This document shows, piece after piece, positions 39,341 through 51,150 of a DNA stretch of 64,000 bases (within the stretch, counting starts at the first letter, position 1; every line of letters starts with the position of its first letter). The stretch is from the human T2T-CHM13v2.0 reference genome, Homo sapiens, in the NCBI RefSeq assembly GCF_009914755.1, contig NC_060937.1. The stretch is one strand, 5' to 3'. The notes beneath the pieces were generated by a model, which saw nothing but the letters and a program-made list of their open reading frames with translations, did not search any database and was not told the DNA's origin. A program made the translations under genes and the position numbers.

Positions 39341-40649
39341 TATTTTTTTAAAAAATGAATAAAAATAAGTTTCTGCTTTGAAACATTCTGTTCACTATGT
39401 CATGCCTGCAAGGTAGGATTTGGTCTTTGGCATGAGCAAATGATTAAACCAAACCACCAGTGACATTCCTCCTGGCCTGAATCAAGTCCAGGATCAAAGC
39501 GCTGCCTCAAGATCAAAAGGCTCTGCAATCCAGATGCCAAGCCTGGATCTGCCTCACTGAGTGCTCCTGAAGGCGACCAGTCCCACAAAACAGTAGAAAT
39601 CCCCTCTTTGTTCCAAAGAGAGTAGCACTTTGAGAAACTTCCTTCCATTCCTGGGAAGCAATGAGTGCTCACAGTGTTAGTGGGCAAAGTCAGGAGAGAA
39701 GCGGGCACACACTCCCACATACTACTCAAAATGACCAACGGAAATTTCAGAAACAAGAACTCTCTCCTTTAGAAGGAAATACAAGTGCTTGCCTTTTCTG
39801 TTTTATCATGGACCTCTAATGATAAAAATTCGAAAAGTAAGTTTACATAAGATCCCTGACTATAGTAGCTTTTCAATTCCTCTCTTCCAGTTTGAGAGAA
39901 TTCCAAACTGCCCATTTTCATCTTCCCCTCCTTCCACCCCAATGGCTTCTACTTCAATCAAGGAAAGAAAAATCAGTATTTTCTTTCAATTATTCATTCA
40001 TTTCCCACCTGCTAAGCAGTACCTTCTCCTCCTCTCCAGATCGTAAGCCCTGATATTCATCTAACTATTGGAATTCTACCCCACTGTCAGGGTTTAATCA
40101 GGCAAAGATTATCAACAATACAGGAACCTTCATCTTAGAGAATACCAGCACCCTCATGTCTGCCCCAAAACACACACATACACATGGGTGGTGACAGGTG
40201 AGATTTCCTTGGCTCTGTGGCACCTACAGGGATAACTGAAGGAACCTTTCCATTCCTACCCAGCAAGTCCCTCCCAAGTATTTCTGGAACCCATAGACGA
40301 GCCCTACACATCCACAGGCACATCCCCTTTGAGGATATTGCTGCTCTGGCCAAGCCCCCACCACTCTTCTGTGCCTCTTGCCGGGTTCCTATGAGTCCCT
40401 GACAGCTGCTCCAGGCCTCTGTCTCCAAGTCTTCTCTGTGCCGCTGACCTGATCATCTCTCCACTGCAATGCCCTGGAATTGGCACAGCACACTGACCCC
40501 ACATAGTCCTTCACATGCCGGAGCCAGGCTGAGATGTGCTGTCCACAGAGGCTCCCCTGTCCAGGGCAGGGTCCCCATTCCGCAGCTCTTCCAGTTCTGC
40601 CTTGAACCCTCACTCTGAAGGCTCAAAATCTAGTCTCACCCAATGTCTA

Positions 40650-41390
40650 ATCTGAATCTAACCCCAAGGAAACAACCAGAAAAATCCAAACTGAGGATTT
40701 GTGAAATAACTGTCTCAGACTCTTCAAAAATCTTAATGTTATAGAAAGACCACAACAAATCTGAGGATTGTTCTCTAGACTAAAGGGGACTCCCCAAAAC
40801 TCCCCACTCCCCAACAGGCCCCAGTGTGTAATGTTCCCCTCCCTGCGTCCATGTGTTCTCATTGTTCATCTCCCACTTATGAGTGAGAACATGCGGTGTT
40901 TGGTTTTCTGTTCCTTTGTTAGTTTGCTGAGAATGATAGTTTCCAGCTTCATCCATGTCCCTGCAAAGGATGACACCAGAGAAATGACAACTAAATACAG
41001 TGAATGGTCCCGCATTAGATCCTAAAATTTTCTTAAATGCCATAAAAGATATTAGTGGGAACATTGAGGAAATTTGAATAGGATGCATATTAGATAATAT
41101 TGTTGTATAAACACTCAACTTTGAATGTAAAAATTATATTGTAGTTACATAGAATAATGCCCCTTTTGCTAGGATAGAAATGATGAAGTATTTTGGGATA
41201 AAGGCTCATGATGCTTGCAACTAACTCTCAAGTGGTTCAGCAAGAAATAAACGCCTATGTACACATGTGTACATGGAGGAAAAGGAAGCAAATACTACGA
41301 AGTGTTAATATTGGTGAATCCAGGTGAAGGGTATTCAATGCACTATTCTTGCAACCTTTTGAAGATTTCAAATTTTTCCAAATAAAAAGT
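40650..41390 (+). mobile_element. Old L1M (L1MC4/L1ME-like) 3' end, interrupted at about 40790-40974
   Basis: gactcttcaaaaat..aatgtta; atgacaactaaat; gcaactaactctcaagtggttcag; ttggtgaatccaggtgaagggtat. Confidence 0.8.
40791..40972 (-). mobile_element. L1PA internal fragment with no tail or TSD
   Basis: ctcccacttatgagtgagaacatgcggtgtttggttttctg; about 95% identical to 42560-42725. Confidence 0.92.
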
Positions 41391-41919
41391 TGAGATTCAC
41401 AACACAAAGCAGAGGAGATATACACTGTTGGAATTCTTACCATTCCTATTTATCTCATGACTCTCCAAGATCCCTACTCACTAAACTACCTCCACCACCC
41501 TTCAGGAAAGAAAAAAACTCATGCAGAACAATTCAAGAAACAGATGTGAGGGGGACGGGGAAGCTAGCTAGTCAATAGCTCATTTACTTGCAGATAAACA
41601 TACTCTGAATTCCAGTTTAGATATAACTGAGACCCCATTACACTTGTAAACACTGGAGTTCATTCATCGTATACATTTAGGTATATGCCCATTGGTTGAC
41701 ACAGGGTAGGAAAAGATGACACTAGTACAAATTACTAGGTCTCAGAAGTCCAAAAGAGGACCTGGGGCCCCAAGACACATCCCCTCTAAAATCCTTTAGC
41801 CAGGGTGAGATTATTGCAGGACTCACAATTTTTTCACCAGTGCCAACCCTATTCTTGGCTGCAGGTTGACACAATATACAACAAAGATAGTATTAAGTAC
41901 AGGTAGAGTTGAAGCTTTC

Positions 41920-42260
41920 TAAGCCCACTTTCAGGAATCAACTCAAATTCCTCTCTCTCCACAAATTTCTTCTTATTCATTGCTTTAAAAACACTTTACT
42001 TGTACCTCTATTAGAACTCAGCCAAATGGATTTCTGATACAATTCTCCTTCAACAATTTTGTCTGTGACCAAACCTTGGTGAGACCACATGATCCAATAT
42101 TTGACCGGAAAAATGCAGTTGCTATAATTATAGAGATTATTGTATGGTTCCTTTATTACAGTTATTTGGGTACATATCTCTCTCCTGCATAGAGTATATA
42201 TTCCCTCAAGGGAGGGAGGATTGTTATTCTTCTTTCTGTCTCCTGTTTTGCCCTTCATGA
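41920..42260 (+). mobile_element. L2 fragment
   Basis: tttcaggaatcaactcaaattcctc; tatctctctcc..agagtatatattccctcaaggg. Confidence 0.45.
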
Positions 42261-42384
42261 GTAAGTGACTCCAGCCCCTGTCTCAGTTCTGTTGCCACCC
42301 ATATGCTGATGATGCTCACGGTCACTCCTGCTTCTCTTAGCAACTTCAGGTTAGATATCCAACTCCCTGCTGAACAAGTCCTCT

Positions 42385-42874
42385 TTTTTTTTTTTTTTAT
42401 TTTACTTCAAGTTCTGGGATACATGTGCAGAATGTGCAGGTTTGTTACATAGGTATACATGTGATATGGTGGTTTGCTGCACCCATCAACCCATCATCTA
42501 GGTTTTAAGCCCTGCGTGCATTAGGTATTTGTCCTAATGCTCTCCCTCCCCTTGCCCCCAACTCCCCAACAGGCCCCAGTGTGTGATGTTCCCCTCCCTG
42601 TGTCCACGGGTTCTCATTGTTCATCTCCCACTTATGAGTGAGAACATGTGGTGTTTTGTTTTCTGTTCCTTTGTTAGTTTGCTGAGAATTATGGTTTCCA
42701 GCTTCATCCATGTCCCTGCAAAGGACATGAACTCATTCTTTTTTACGGCTGCATAGTATTCCATGGTGTATATGTGCCACATTTTCTTTATCCAGTCTAT
42801 CACTACAAGGAACTTAAACAAATTTACAAGAAAAAACCCAACAACCCCATCAAAAAGTGGGCGAAGGATATGAA
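42385..42874 (-). mobile_element. L1PA7-like insertion with 5' inversion (twin priming)
   Basis: Poly(T) and antisense 3'UTR to 42803, then sense ORF2 sequence tacaaggaacttaaacaaatttacaag...gaaggatatgaa; TSD aagtcctcttt. Confidence 0.92.
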
Positions 42875-43226
42875 TAAGTCCTCTTTCCGCCCTCCAGTTA
42901 CTTCATATTCATCCAAACAAAGCTGAACTCATAAACTTTCCCCACATCCTCAAAATTCTGCTCTCTCTCTCATATTCCCTATCTCAGCTGCCCCATTCAG
43001 CCAAGCTGCAACCTGATTCATCCTTCTCTTTTATCTCATCTCCCTCAGCCAGCCCATCATTAAAGCCAATTTCTTCTTTTACCTCCTAAACAGTCCTTAG
43101 ACCCATCCCCTCCTCCCTGCCTACCCTGCCTTTTCCTAGCTGAGGAGCTCACTGTCTCTTGCCTGAACTGTTGAATAAGACTCCTGACTCCCTGCTTCCA
43201 CTGTTGACCCTTTTGAGCCATCTTCT

Positions 43227-43454
43227 TTTTTTCTTTTCTAAGTATTATTTATTAAAGAAATATAAAACACATTAAGCACTAAGAATGATAATTTATTTTA
43301 ATGTTCTGGGGTCCATGTGCAGGATGTGCAGGTCTGTCGCCTAGGTAAACGTGTGCCATGGTGGTTTGCTGCACCTATCAACCCATCACCAAGGTATTAA
43401 GCCCAGCATGCATTAGTTCTTTTCCCCAGTGCTCTCTCCCCATCTGCTCTCCCC
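43227..43454 (-). mobile_element. Short L1PA8-like insertion with probable 3' transduction
   Basis: 13-bp TSD tgagccatcttct; L1 3'UTR at about 43292-43454; about 55 nt of non-L1 sequence before the tail. Confidence 0.88.
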
Positions 43455-44479
43455 TGAGCCATCTTCTATTCTGCAGTTAGATGACATCTAAGCCTGTCCC
43501 TCTCAACATAAAACATTCTATGGCTCCCCAATACAAGAGAATAAAGGTCCACACTTTGCCCAGCCCCTCAGGTCCTGCATGAACTGAACACTCTATGCTT
43601 CTTATTTCCTTGTTGGCCTTTCCCTGACTTACACTTTATTCTCCAGCTGTGCTAAAGCACTTGTAGTTGCCAATATGTAGCCTGTTGTTTGGCGTTTCTG
43701 CACCGTCACTCATGTTCCTTCCTCCGTCTGGAGTTTCTGTCTATCTTTTTGACGTAGGTACCCCTTACCCACCTTTCAACACTCAGCTCAGCTTCCATCA
43801 CCTCTTGAAGCCTTCCCAGAAGCTCCAGGCTGGGCTGAGTGCTGCTTCTCTGTACCCCTGAGGAATCCTCTGTATACCTCCCCCTTGGCCATGACTCTGT
43901 TACATGGAGATCCACACATAAATCTGGCTTCCCAATAAAAATTGCAAATTTTTAATGGCAGAAACTGTCAATTTTCATTTGCCTCTAAAGCAGCTAGCAT
44001 GGTGCTAGGAAAATAATAGATGTTCAAAAATACTTGTCAAAAAGCATACTAATTACCTCCCACTATAACTAGCACAGAGCCATGTTGCGAGAGATGCCCA
44101 ATGGATATCTTTGGAATAAAACATCCACTGTTTTGTTTCCTGGGCCAGAAGGTAGGGAGGAACACAGCAGACCTGTCATCAGAATCCCAGCCGAGGGATT
44201 CTGATGACAGGAGCACAGGGCCCTGTTGCTTCCCCCAAGCACTTTCTCCAAATGCAGCATGAAACAAAGGTAGTTAAAGCAAGAACCCTTTTTCTTGTGC
44301 TGTCTCCCAAACCAATTCTTTTACCACCATCCTGGGCCCCTCTCTTTCTCCTGGTCCCCTGAGGTTAGAACCTGCTATCCATCTGTATTTTCAGACTTCA
44401 ACGTATTGCTTGCCTCCTCTCTATTCTGTCATAGTGCCTGCAATTCCCTTTTTCTCACATTCTAAATTTATATTCCCTA

Positions 44480-44725
44480 AACAATCCGTTTAGAAGGGTC
44501 TGTGAAACTCTTTCTCATCACATCTTTGTTAGAATGGCTACTCCCTCTTTGGGCTATATCATCCTAGAATCCAAGATTTCATACACACAGTGTTCACCTG
44601 TCTGTCTCTCCTGCTGAGACTGTAAGCTCCTTGAGGCCAGAGTCTATGGCCCATGTATCTTTGTGTCAGGAGGCCTAGCCCAGTGTCTAGTGTAGGACCT
44701 GGTTTATATAGCTGAGTAGCTGAAT
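44480..44725 (+). mobile_element. L2 3' end
   Basis: cctgtctgtctctcc..agactgtaagctccttgagg..gcctagcccagtgtctag. Confidence 0.75.
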
Positions 44726-45730
44726 ATTTTCATATAGAGAAAGAGAGTAGGGTCCTGAGAGAGTAGGGAGGATAAACTTTGATGGTGGACAACAGGAATG
44801 ATTGAGAACCAAATGGATGGGTTAAGCCTCCTGTAGTTTGACGTGATGATGCCCAGCAACACCTCAGGGTATTGAGGGTGGATGGAAGGGATGTGAAGAG
44901 GGAATGGAGAAATCATTCCCAACAGATTCTGAGAAGTTTTCAGTGGTATTTCCTATGCCTCAGGCTCTGCATCAGGAGTCTTCCTGGAAGTTCTGGAAAA
45001 TCCTGTAATAGTAGAGCTTAGAGGAATCACATGTGCAGATATTCTATTTAAGTTCAGGCCCATCAGTTTGGTCTCCTTAGTATACTCAAAATCCCACATG
45101 GGCTAAGATCAAAGTTTTCATTTGCCTTTAATTCTGGCAGCCCCTCCTGAATGCTTTCTTACCTACAGCAGGTGGCTAGAGAATGTTTGGTGGCTGACAG
45201 ATTACGTTTTTGACATTGAAAAAGTCTTTAAACATGGAAGTGGCTTCAAATGAGTTTTGACTAATTCTCAGGCAAACAGTCCCAGCCAGATTATATTTGT
45301 TTAATTTTTAATTCACATTTCACCACCCCCAGGGATGTCAATAGCCTCTTATTGATTGTGCTTCTAAAAGTCAGGAGTGCGTCCATATAGAAAAGATTGC
45401 TGAGTGAACAATGGTGAGCACCATGCTATCAAAGACATCCCGGTGGCACTCCCCAATGAGGGTCTTGTTTTTCATCTTTGATTTATTGTTCAGTTTAAAG
45501 CCAACTCCTTTCACACTCATAACTATCATGTCCTCATTCTTAAGTTGCTTGGGGTCATGCTAATTAATACAATAGAACTTCAGTCTTCTTATCTAAAACA
45601 AATACCCTAAATGAACCAAGGAAGCTGAAATAAGAAAGTCCAGGTGTGCCCAGAGGAGTTTATAAGCCCAAGAGTAAAAAGCAGAGGAACCTATAAGAGA
45701 TACAAAATGCAAAGATTTGTTTCTGATACA

Positions 45731-45968
45731 TAATGACAGCCAACATCTTTCAAATATTTGTTAGGTGCCAGATGCTTTTTAGACATTATCTCATCCAACT
45801 ATATGTATTCCTACAAGATAAACATGATTAATCCCACTTCACAAATAAGAAAATTGGACTCTCAAACAAGCCAAGTATTTTGGCCAAGATTTCTCAGCTA
45901 GAAAGTGGGAGCCAAGGAACAAACTTACATCTTTCTGGTTTTAATTCAGCGCTTATTCGGCTGTACCA
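45731..45968 (-). mobile_element. MIR SINE
   Basis: gtgccagatgct..acattatctcat..acaaataagaaaattg..ccaagatttctcagctagaaagtgg. Confidence 0.75.
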
Positions 45969-46011
45969 ACCATTTCTCGTACACACAGGAAAGCAAGCAA
46001 CCTACATAGAG

Positions 46012-46622
46012 TGTAGTATCTGCCAAGGTACAGTCAGAAAGCAAAACGTCACTAGCGATTTTAACAAAGATGATTTATTATAGGAAATTGGTTAAACGGG
46101 GGTAGGGGTATATGAGAGGCAAATGGGGAACCCTGAGTAAAAAAAAGCTTATTAGGAAGTAGCAAACACCTCTAGTGCTGGATATAAGAAGTAGCTACCC
46201 TCTCTAAGGGGCAGGGAAACTTAGGAAGCAGCCTGGGGTCGTCAGCTCCTAGCAGCTTGAAGGAGGAGCCCCTCAGAAGCTGGAACTCAGACTCCTGTGG
46301 AGGGGGCACTGCCTGGTTCGTGCTGGTACCTCAAAGCAGCTGTGATGGGGCTGGTTCCAGGAGTACTGCAAGAAACTGGAAACCACAACGCACTGGAACC
46401 AATGCTGCTTCCAGGGTGAAAGGTCAATGCTGGGATGCTGCTGACAGCACAGGCAGGCAAACAGAAGGGCCAAGTCTCTCCTCCCATCCTGTGCCAACCG
46501 GCTTCCCCCTAGGGTCCCTGATTGGCAAAGGAGATGTGTAGTCAGCAGAGTCCCAGCCCAGCAGAGCAGAATATAGAAAGGTGGATCTGGAACTGAGACA
46601 GAACCCCTTCCCAGACAGCACA
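46012..46622 (-). mobile_element. ERVL solo LTR, LTR41-like
   Basis: Reverse strand tgtgct..tctcagttccagatccacctttctatattctgct..gggctgggactctgc..tctcctttgcca; family name from memory. Confidence 0.7.
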
Positions 46623-46689
46623 CGGGGGTGATGTGTGCCCACCAGGGCACATGGATTAAAGTAGGGGAGACAATTGTCTGTATAATGAC

Positions 46690-46890
46690 ATCAGCCACCG
46701 TTACTGTGCACCTATTCACTGTGTTCCATTCTTTCCACATGCTGACTCCTTTGCTCCTCACACCTATGAGGCAGGTGCCAGTATCTTAGCACTTTTACAG
46801 ATGCCAAAGCTGATATTTAGATATGCTAAATAACTTGCAAAAGGCTAGGAAAAGGAGGAGTCAGGATTCACAGCCAGGTCTGCCTGGGTG
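46690..46890 (-). mobile_element. MIR SINE
   Basis: cctatgaggcagg..ttttacagatg..taaataacttgc..ggattcacagccaggtctg. Confidence 0.7.
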
Positions 46891-46912
46891 CTACGATCCT
46901 GCTACAACCACC

Positions 46913-47431
46913 TGTATTCGTTTGCTAGGGCTGCTGTAGCAAACTACAACAAACTAGTGGCTTACAACAGGAAAACTTTTTTGTATCACAGTTCTAGAGG
47001 CCAGAAGCCCAAAATCAAAGTGCTGGCAGCACCAGGCTCCCTCTGAAATTGCTTAGCGGAGAATCTTCCCTTGCCTCTCCCGGTGTCTGGTGGCTCCAGG
47101 CATTTCTTGGCTCGTAGCTGTGTAACTTCAGTCTCTGCCACCTTCTTCACAAGGCCTTCTCCTCTGTGTCTCTGTGCATTCTCTTTTGTGGCTATGGAAC
47201 ACTTATCAATGGGGTTAGGACCCACCTGGGGTATCCAGGATGATCTCGTCTACAGATTCTTAACTTTAAGTTAGAAAAAAGGGGGTGGGGTAAGCACAGG
47301 CACAGAAATAATTAACTAATTCATTAATTAAAAGAAAAAACAAAGAACTCTTTCCAAATAAAGTTGCATTCACAGGTCTAGGGGGTAGAATGGGGACATA
47401 TGTTTTTGGCAGCCACGATTCAACCACTGCA
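46913..47431 (-). mobile_element. MLT1C-like MaLR solo LTR
   Basis: tgtattcgtttgctagggctgc..cacagttctagaggccagaag..tttccaaataaagt; TSD ccacc/ccatc. Confidence 0.88.
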
Positions 47432-48229
47432 CCATCATATCATGTAAAACAACTACTGGGCTTTTGAAAATCATTTTCAGCAAAACCACTTAAAATTAAA
47501 TCTGTATTCTTATAACATTTTCAGATTCTAAAACAATCTTTTGTGCCATATGTAGAACTTTTAATATTTGATGTTCCTGTCCCTTTAAGCTGTAAGCAGT
47601 GACACCTTCTGCAGCTCCTGTCTTCTAAACAGCCAGCCTGCATGTCTTCACCTCATCAACTCATGATCTCATTTCAAATCGCATCTGGAAATATCTTCCT
47701 TCCGCTCTGGTCCCTCCTTGGCTGCTTTCTTTGGCTTGACTTTCATCAGCACTTGTGTCATGCAGTCCAAGGATTCAGTGAGCACACCTGGTGCAGCAAG
47801 TATTATTTAAGATGAGAGTTTCCTCATCGATAGAGTGGAAGGTTCCCAAACCCTCTATCATTTGTCCCAGTAAAAGTCCACCCTCCTCCCCCAAGTCTCC
47901 ACTCCACACTCCAGCCTTGGGAAGGAAACCTTCAAATGATGGTTTCTCTCTTTGGTTGAAAGAACTGAATGACCCATTTTGCAACTCACCTAGTTGAGGA
48001 TATAGTTTGGAAATTTACATACCTTGAAGATACGCATCTGGTGTGTGTGTCTGTGTGTGAAGGGTAAAAAGATTTCTCAAAGCAAGCAGACATTAGAGAG
48101 AAATGTACATAGTGCTCTTTTGCAAAATAAAATATGTGAGCTGAGGGTCTCTAATGCATCAGGGTTAATGAAATACATTTCATATGCCTGATCTGAAAGA
48201 ATTAAAAAGATGTCTTTTCTCTCTCGTGT

Positions 48230-48269
48230 AAATATGTCAGACCCATCGTTATTAGGGTCTGACATATTT
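48230..48269. other. Perfect 15-bp inverted repeat with 10-nt loop
   Basis: aaatatgtcagaccc-atcgttatta-gggtctgacatattt. Confidence 0.95.
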
Positions 48270-49829
48270 GCTAGTGAATACTTCCAGAATACCAAGTACT
48301 ACATCCCTTAGATTTAATTCTGAAGTTCTTATATTTGGCATCCTGTAAAGAAAGGAGAAGAATATTAGAAAGTGAAATTTTAAAACCCATCCGAGGTTTC
48401 CTCTGTCTAAGTGTCTCAATATTGAAATCATCAATATCTGTTTGAAGTTTAATTTTGAGAAAATATTTCCTGCCTCCACAGACATAGACATTGATGTTAC
48501 TGCATTGTTCTTTGCTCTTTTCCTACAAAATTCTCAGAAACATATTTTTCTTCAGGCAAGGTATGTATTTGGCAATCATTAAGAAATTTCCTCAGCATTT
48601 CATTTCTTTTTCTCAAGCTCTTCCTCATAAAATGTGGGTTCACATTTTACTTTTTTTTTTTTTTTAGGGAGTAGATGAAAACACCAAATGGATTATTTCA
48701 GACGTACCTTCTCTCCCCTTCCCTATGACCAGAAAAAGACAAAACACTGCCTCTTCTTTCATTTTTCTTCTTGGTATATTGATGGAGCCGTCATTATGCC
48801 CTCAACACCTCATCCGAAGTAATATGGGACAATAAGAGGTATTATTCTATGCCAGATATTATTCTGCCCAGTGGCGTTACTCTGTAACAGTGCATATTTG
48901 GGGCTTGAAAGGGGAAAGATGAAGGTGTGCAAGGGACTCGCAAAGAGGAGAGCTTTTCTGGGACGGGGAATCCTAGCCCAACAGGTAACCATGGCTCCAA
49001 AGGTGACCCGCTTCAATGCTCAAAGACAGGGCACCTCCCATGCTCCACCAATATATTTACCTGAGATGTACATTCATAAGGGAAGCCATAAATTCTATAG
49101 TTTATTGAAAGTAGGGCAGGACATTTTTCTAGTTCAATTTTCTAGATTAGCTCTTTGGCTCTCATCTTACCCCCGGAGGAAGTGAATTATCATGCAGAAC
49201 CAAAACTCTCTACGAGCAAGTTTACATTCAGCCTTACTTCTTTCAGGGGCAACCGCTACCCAAGACTTCACAGTCATCATGTAGTTCATCCAAGAGGTGA
49301 GTTTCCAGGGGGAAGGTGGAATTCCTAGTTCTGATTTTGTTAACTGCCTGGGTTTTTCTGCTCACAACCTAGCAACCTCTTTTACAGCAGGTCTCCTGTC
49401 TATAGTTGCAGCCACACCAATCTGGCCCTGCTGTGGCTAAGGACAAGGTGTGTGAATGGGTAATTTGGGAATTCTGTGGCTTGCAGGCACGAGGAAGCAG
49501 GGAAAGAGAAAGAAAGAGATTAACTATTCTCTGTTTCTCAACCAGACCAAGGTTTGCTCCTTATGTTTTCACCACCAGAAATGCCTTTGTCTTCTCCATC
49601 TGGGGAAATCTTATTACCCTTCAGGGAAGACCAACAAATGTCTGTTGAGAGACTTAATGAGAGTGAGAGGAGTAAGCCTCCAGTTTTTAGAGAACCTTGG
49701 ATGTCCACAAAAAAAGATAGAAGGATGTGGGTGGATAATTGCTGGCGGGAAAGGACATGGTGTTGCGGCAGAAGGTTTCATGTAAACATTTGTTACACGT
49801 GAGAGATTCGGAGTTTTTCTATGGGCATC

Positions 49830-50098
49830 TCTGAGGAGACACACAGAGAGGAGAAGAAGACCAAGGCAGAGACTGAAGTGATATGTCTACATGCCAAGGA
49901 ACACCAAGGATTCCCAGGAGCCTCCAGAAGCCGAGGGAGGCCTGGAACAGAGCGTCCCTCAGAGCCTTCGGAAGCAATCAACCTCCACACCCCAATTTCA
50001 GGCTTCTGGCTTCTGAAACTATGACAGAGTCAGTTTCTGTTGTTTTAAGCCACTAAGTTTGTAGAAATCTGTTACAGTAGCCCTAGCAAACTCATACA
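49830..50098 (+). mobile_element. MLT1C-like LTR, 3' half
   Basis: gccaaggaacaccaagga..ccctcagagcct..tttctgttgttttaagccac..gccctagcaaactcataca. Confidence 0.85.
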
Positions 50099-50269
50099 GA
50101 TTTTTGCCTAGAGGGTGAAGAAGTGTCTGGTTTAATGAGTCCCAAGGGATGTGGATTTTTTATGACCCCTAATGGATTTAATAAAAAATTTTGACACATA
50201 TTTACTGAAGACCTATTAAGGATTAGTCTGTATTCTCTTGCTGCTTTTAGTCAAATGAAAGCCATAAAC

Positions 50270-50420
50270 CAATAACCATGATAGTGGATCACTAATTCCA
50301 ATGGAGATGAGTGCTCTGAAGGAAAGGAACAGGTTCTCAGAGAGTATACAGTGAAGAAGGCCAACGCTGAGTGAGGAGTCAGCAGGAGTTCTCTGAGGAA
50401 GTCACTGAGAATGATCAGGC
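50270..50420 (-). mobile_element. L2 fragment
   Basis: gatgagtgctctgaaggaaa..gtcagcagg..tctctgaggaagt. Confidence 0.5.
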
Positions 50421-50748
50421 TTCTGGGAGGGCCAGCCTGTAGTCCTTTTCTTTTTGCTAAGCATTGCATGTGACAGGGGAGCTTTTCTGGTCAAAGTGAA
50501 TGCACTTTTATGTGCTTTGAATATTATTATGTCAGCTTCCTGCTACCATGGTGATTTACTAAACAGAGTCTGGGATTTACTAATCTGAGTAACAGGCAAT
50601 GGAAGTGGGTTCACTCTTTCAGCCAGTAGATCCAGTCTTCTGCATCTGCCTCTTCCCTCAGTGGTCAGTATTTTCCTGGGATATTCAGAGATGTGATGGG
50701 GGAGGGGGAGTAGAGTTCCACATTCAAGAAAATTTTAGAAAAACTATC

Positions 50749-51150
50749 TATCTTAGTCCTTTTGCATTGCTCTAAAGGAATATCTCAGCCTGGGTGATTT
50801 ATAGAGAAAAGAGGTGTATTTGGCTCACAGTGCTTCAGGCTGTACAAGAAGCATAGTGTCAGCATCTGCTTTTGGTGAGGGCTGCAGGAAGTTTCCACTC
50901 GTGACAGAAGGCAAGCGGAGCTGCCATGCAGAGATCACATAGTGGAAAGAGAGGCAGAGGAAGGAGGTGCCAGACTGTTTAACAAATAAAGCTCATGAGA
51001 ACTAAGAGCAAGGACATACTCAGTCCCACAAGATGGGTACCAAGCCGTTCATGAAGGATCCATCCCCATGACCCAAAAGGCCCCACCTCCAACGCCGCAG
51101 ACCAAATTTCAGCATGAGATTAGGAGGAGACAAACATCCAAAAGATATCA
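50749..51150 (-). mobile_element. MSTB-type MaLR solo LTR
   Basis: tcttagtcc..tttggctcacag..caggctgtacaagaagcat..ggccccacctccaac..tatca; TSD ctatc/gtatc. Confidence 0.9.

Larger units (their letters stand above)
42290..44042 (+). mobile_element. Long L2 fragment hosting two L1PA insertions
   Basis: catatgctgatgat, aaagctgaactcat, ctcttgcctgaactg, ttctatggctcccca, ttcaacactcagctca, terminal aaaaatacttgt. Confidence 0.75.

Noticed and set aside
46490-46530. CTCF site often carried by LTR41-type elements
   Set aside because: The corresponding segment is rearranged and I see no good CTCF core.
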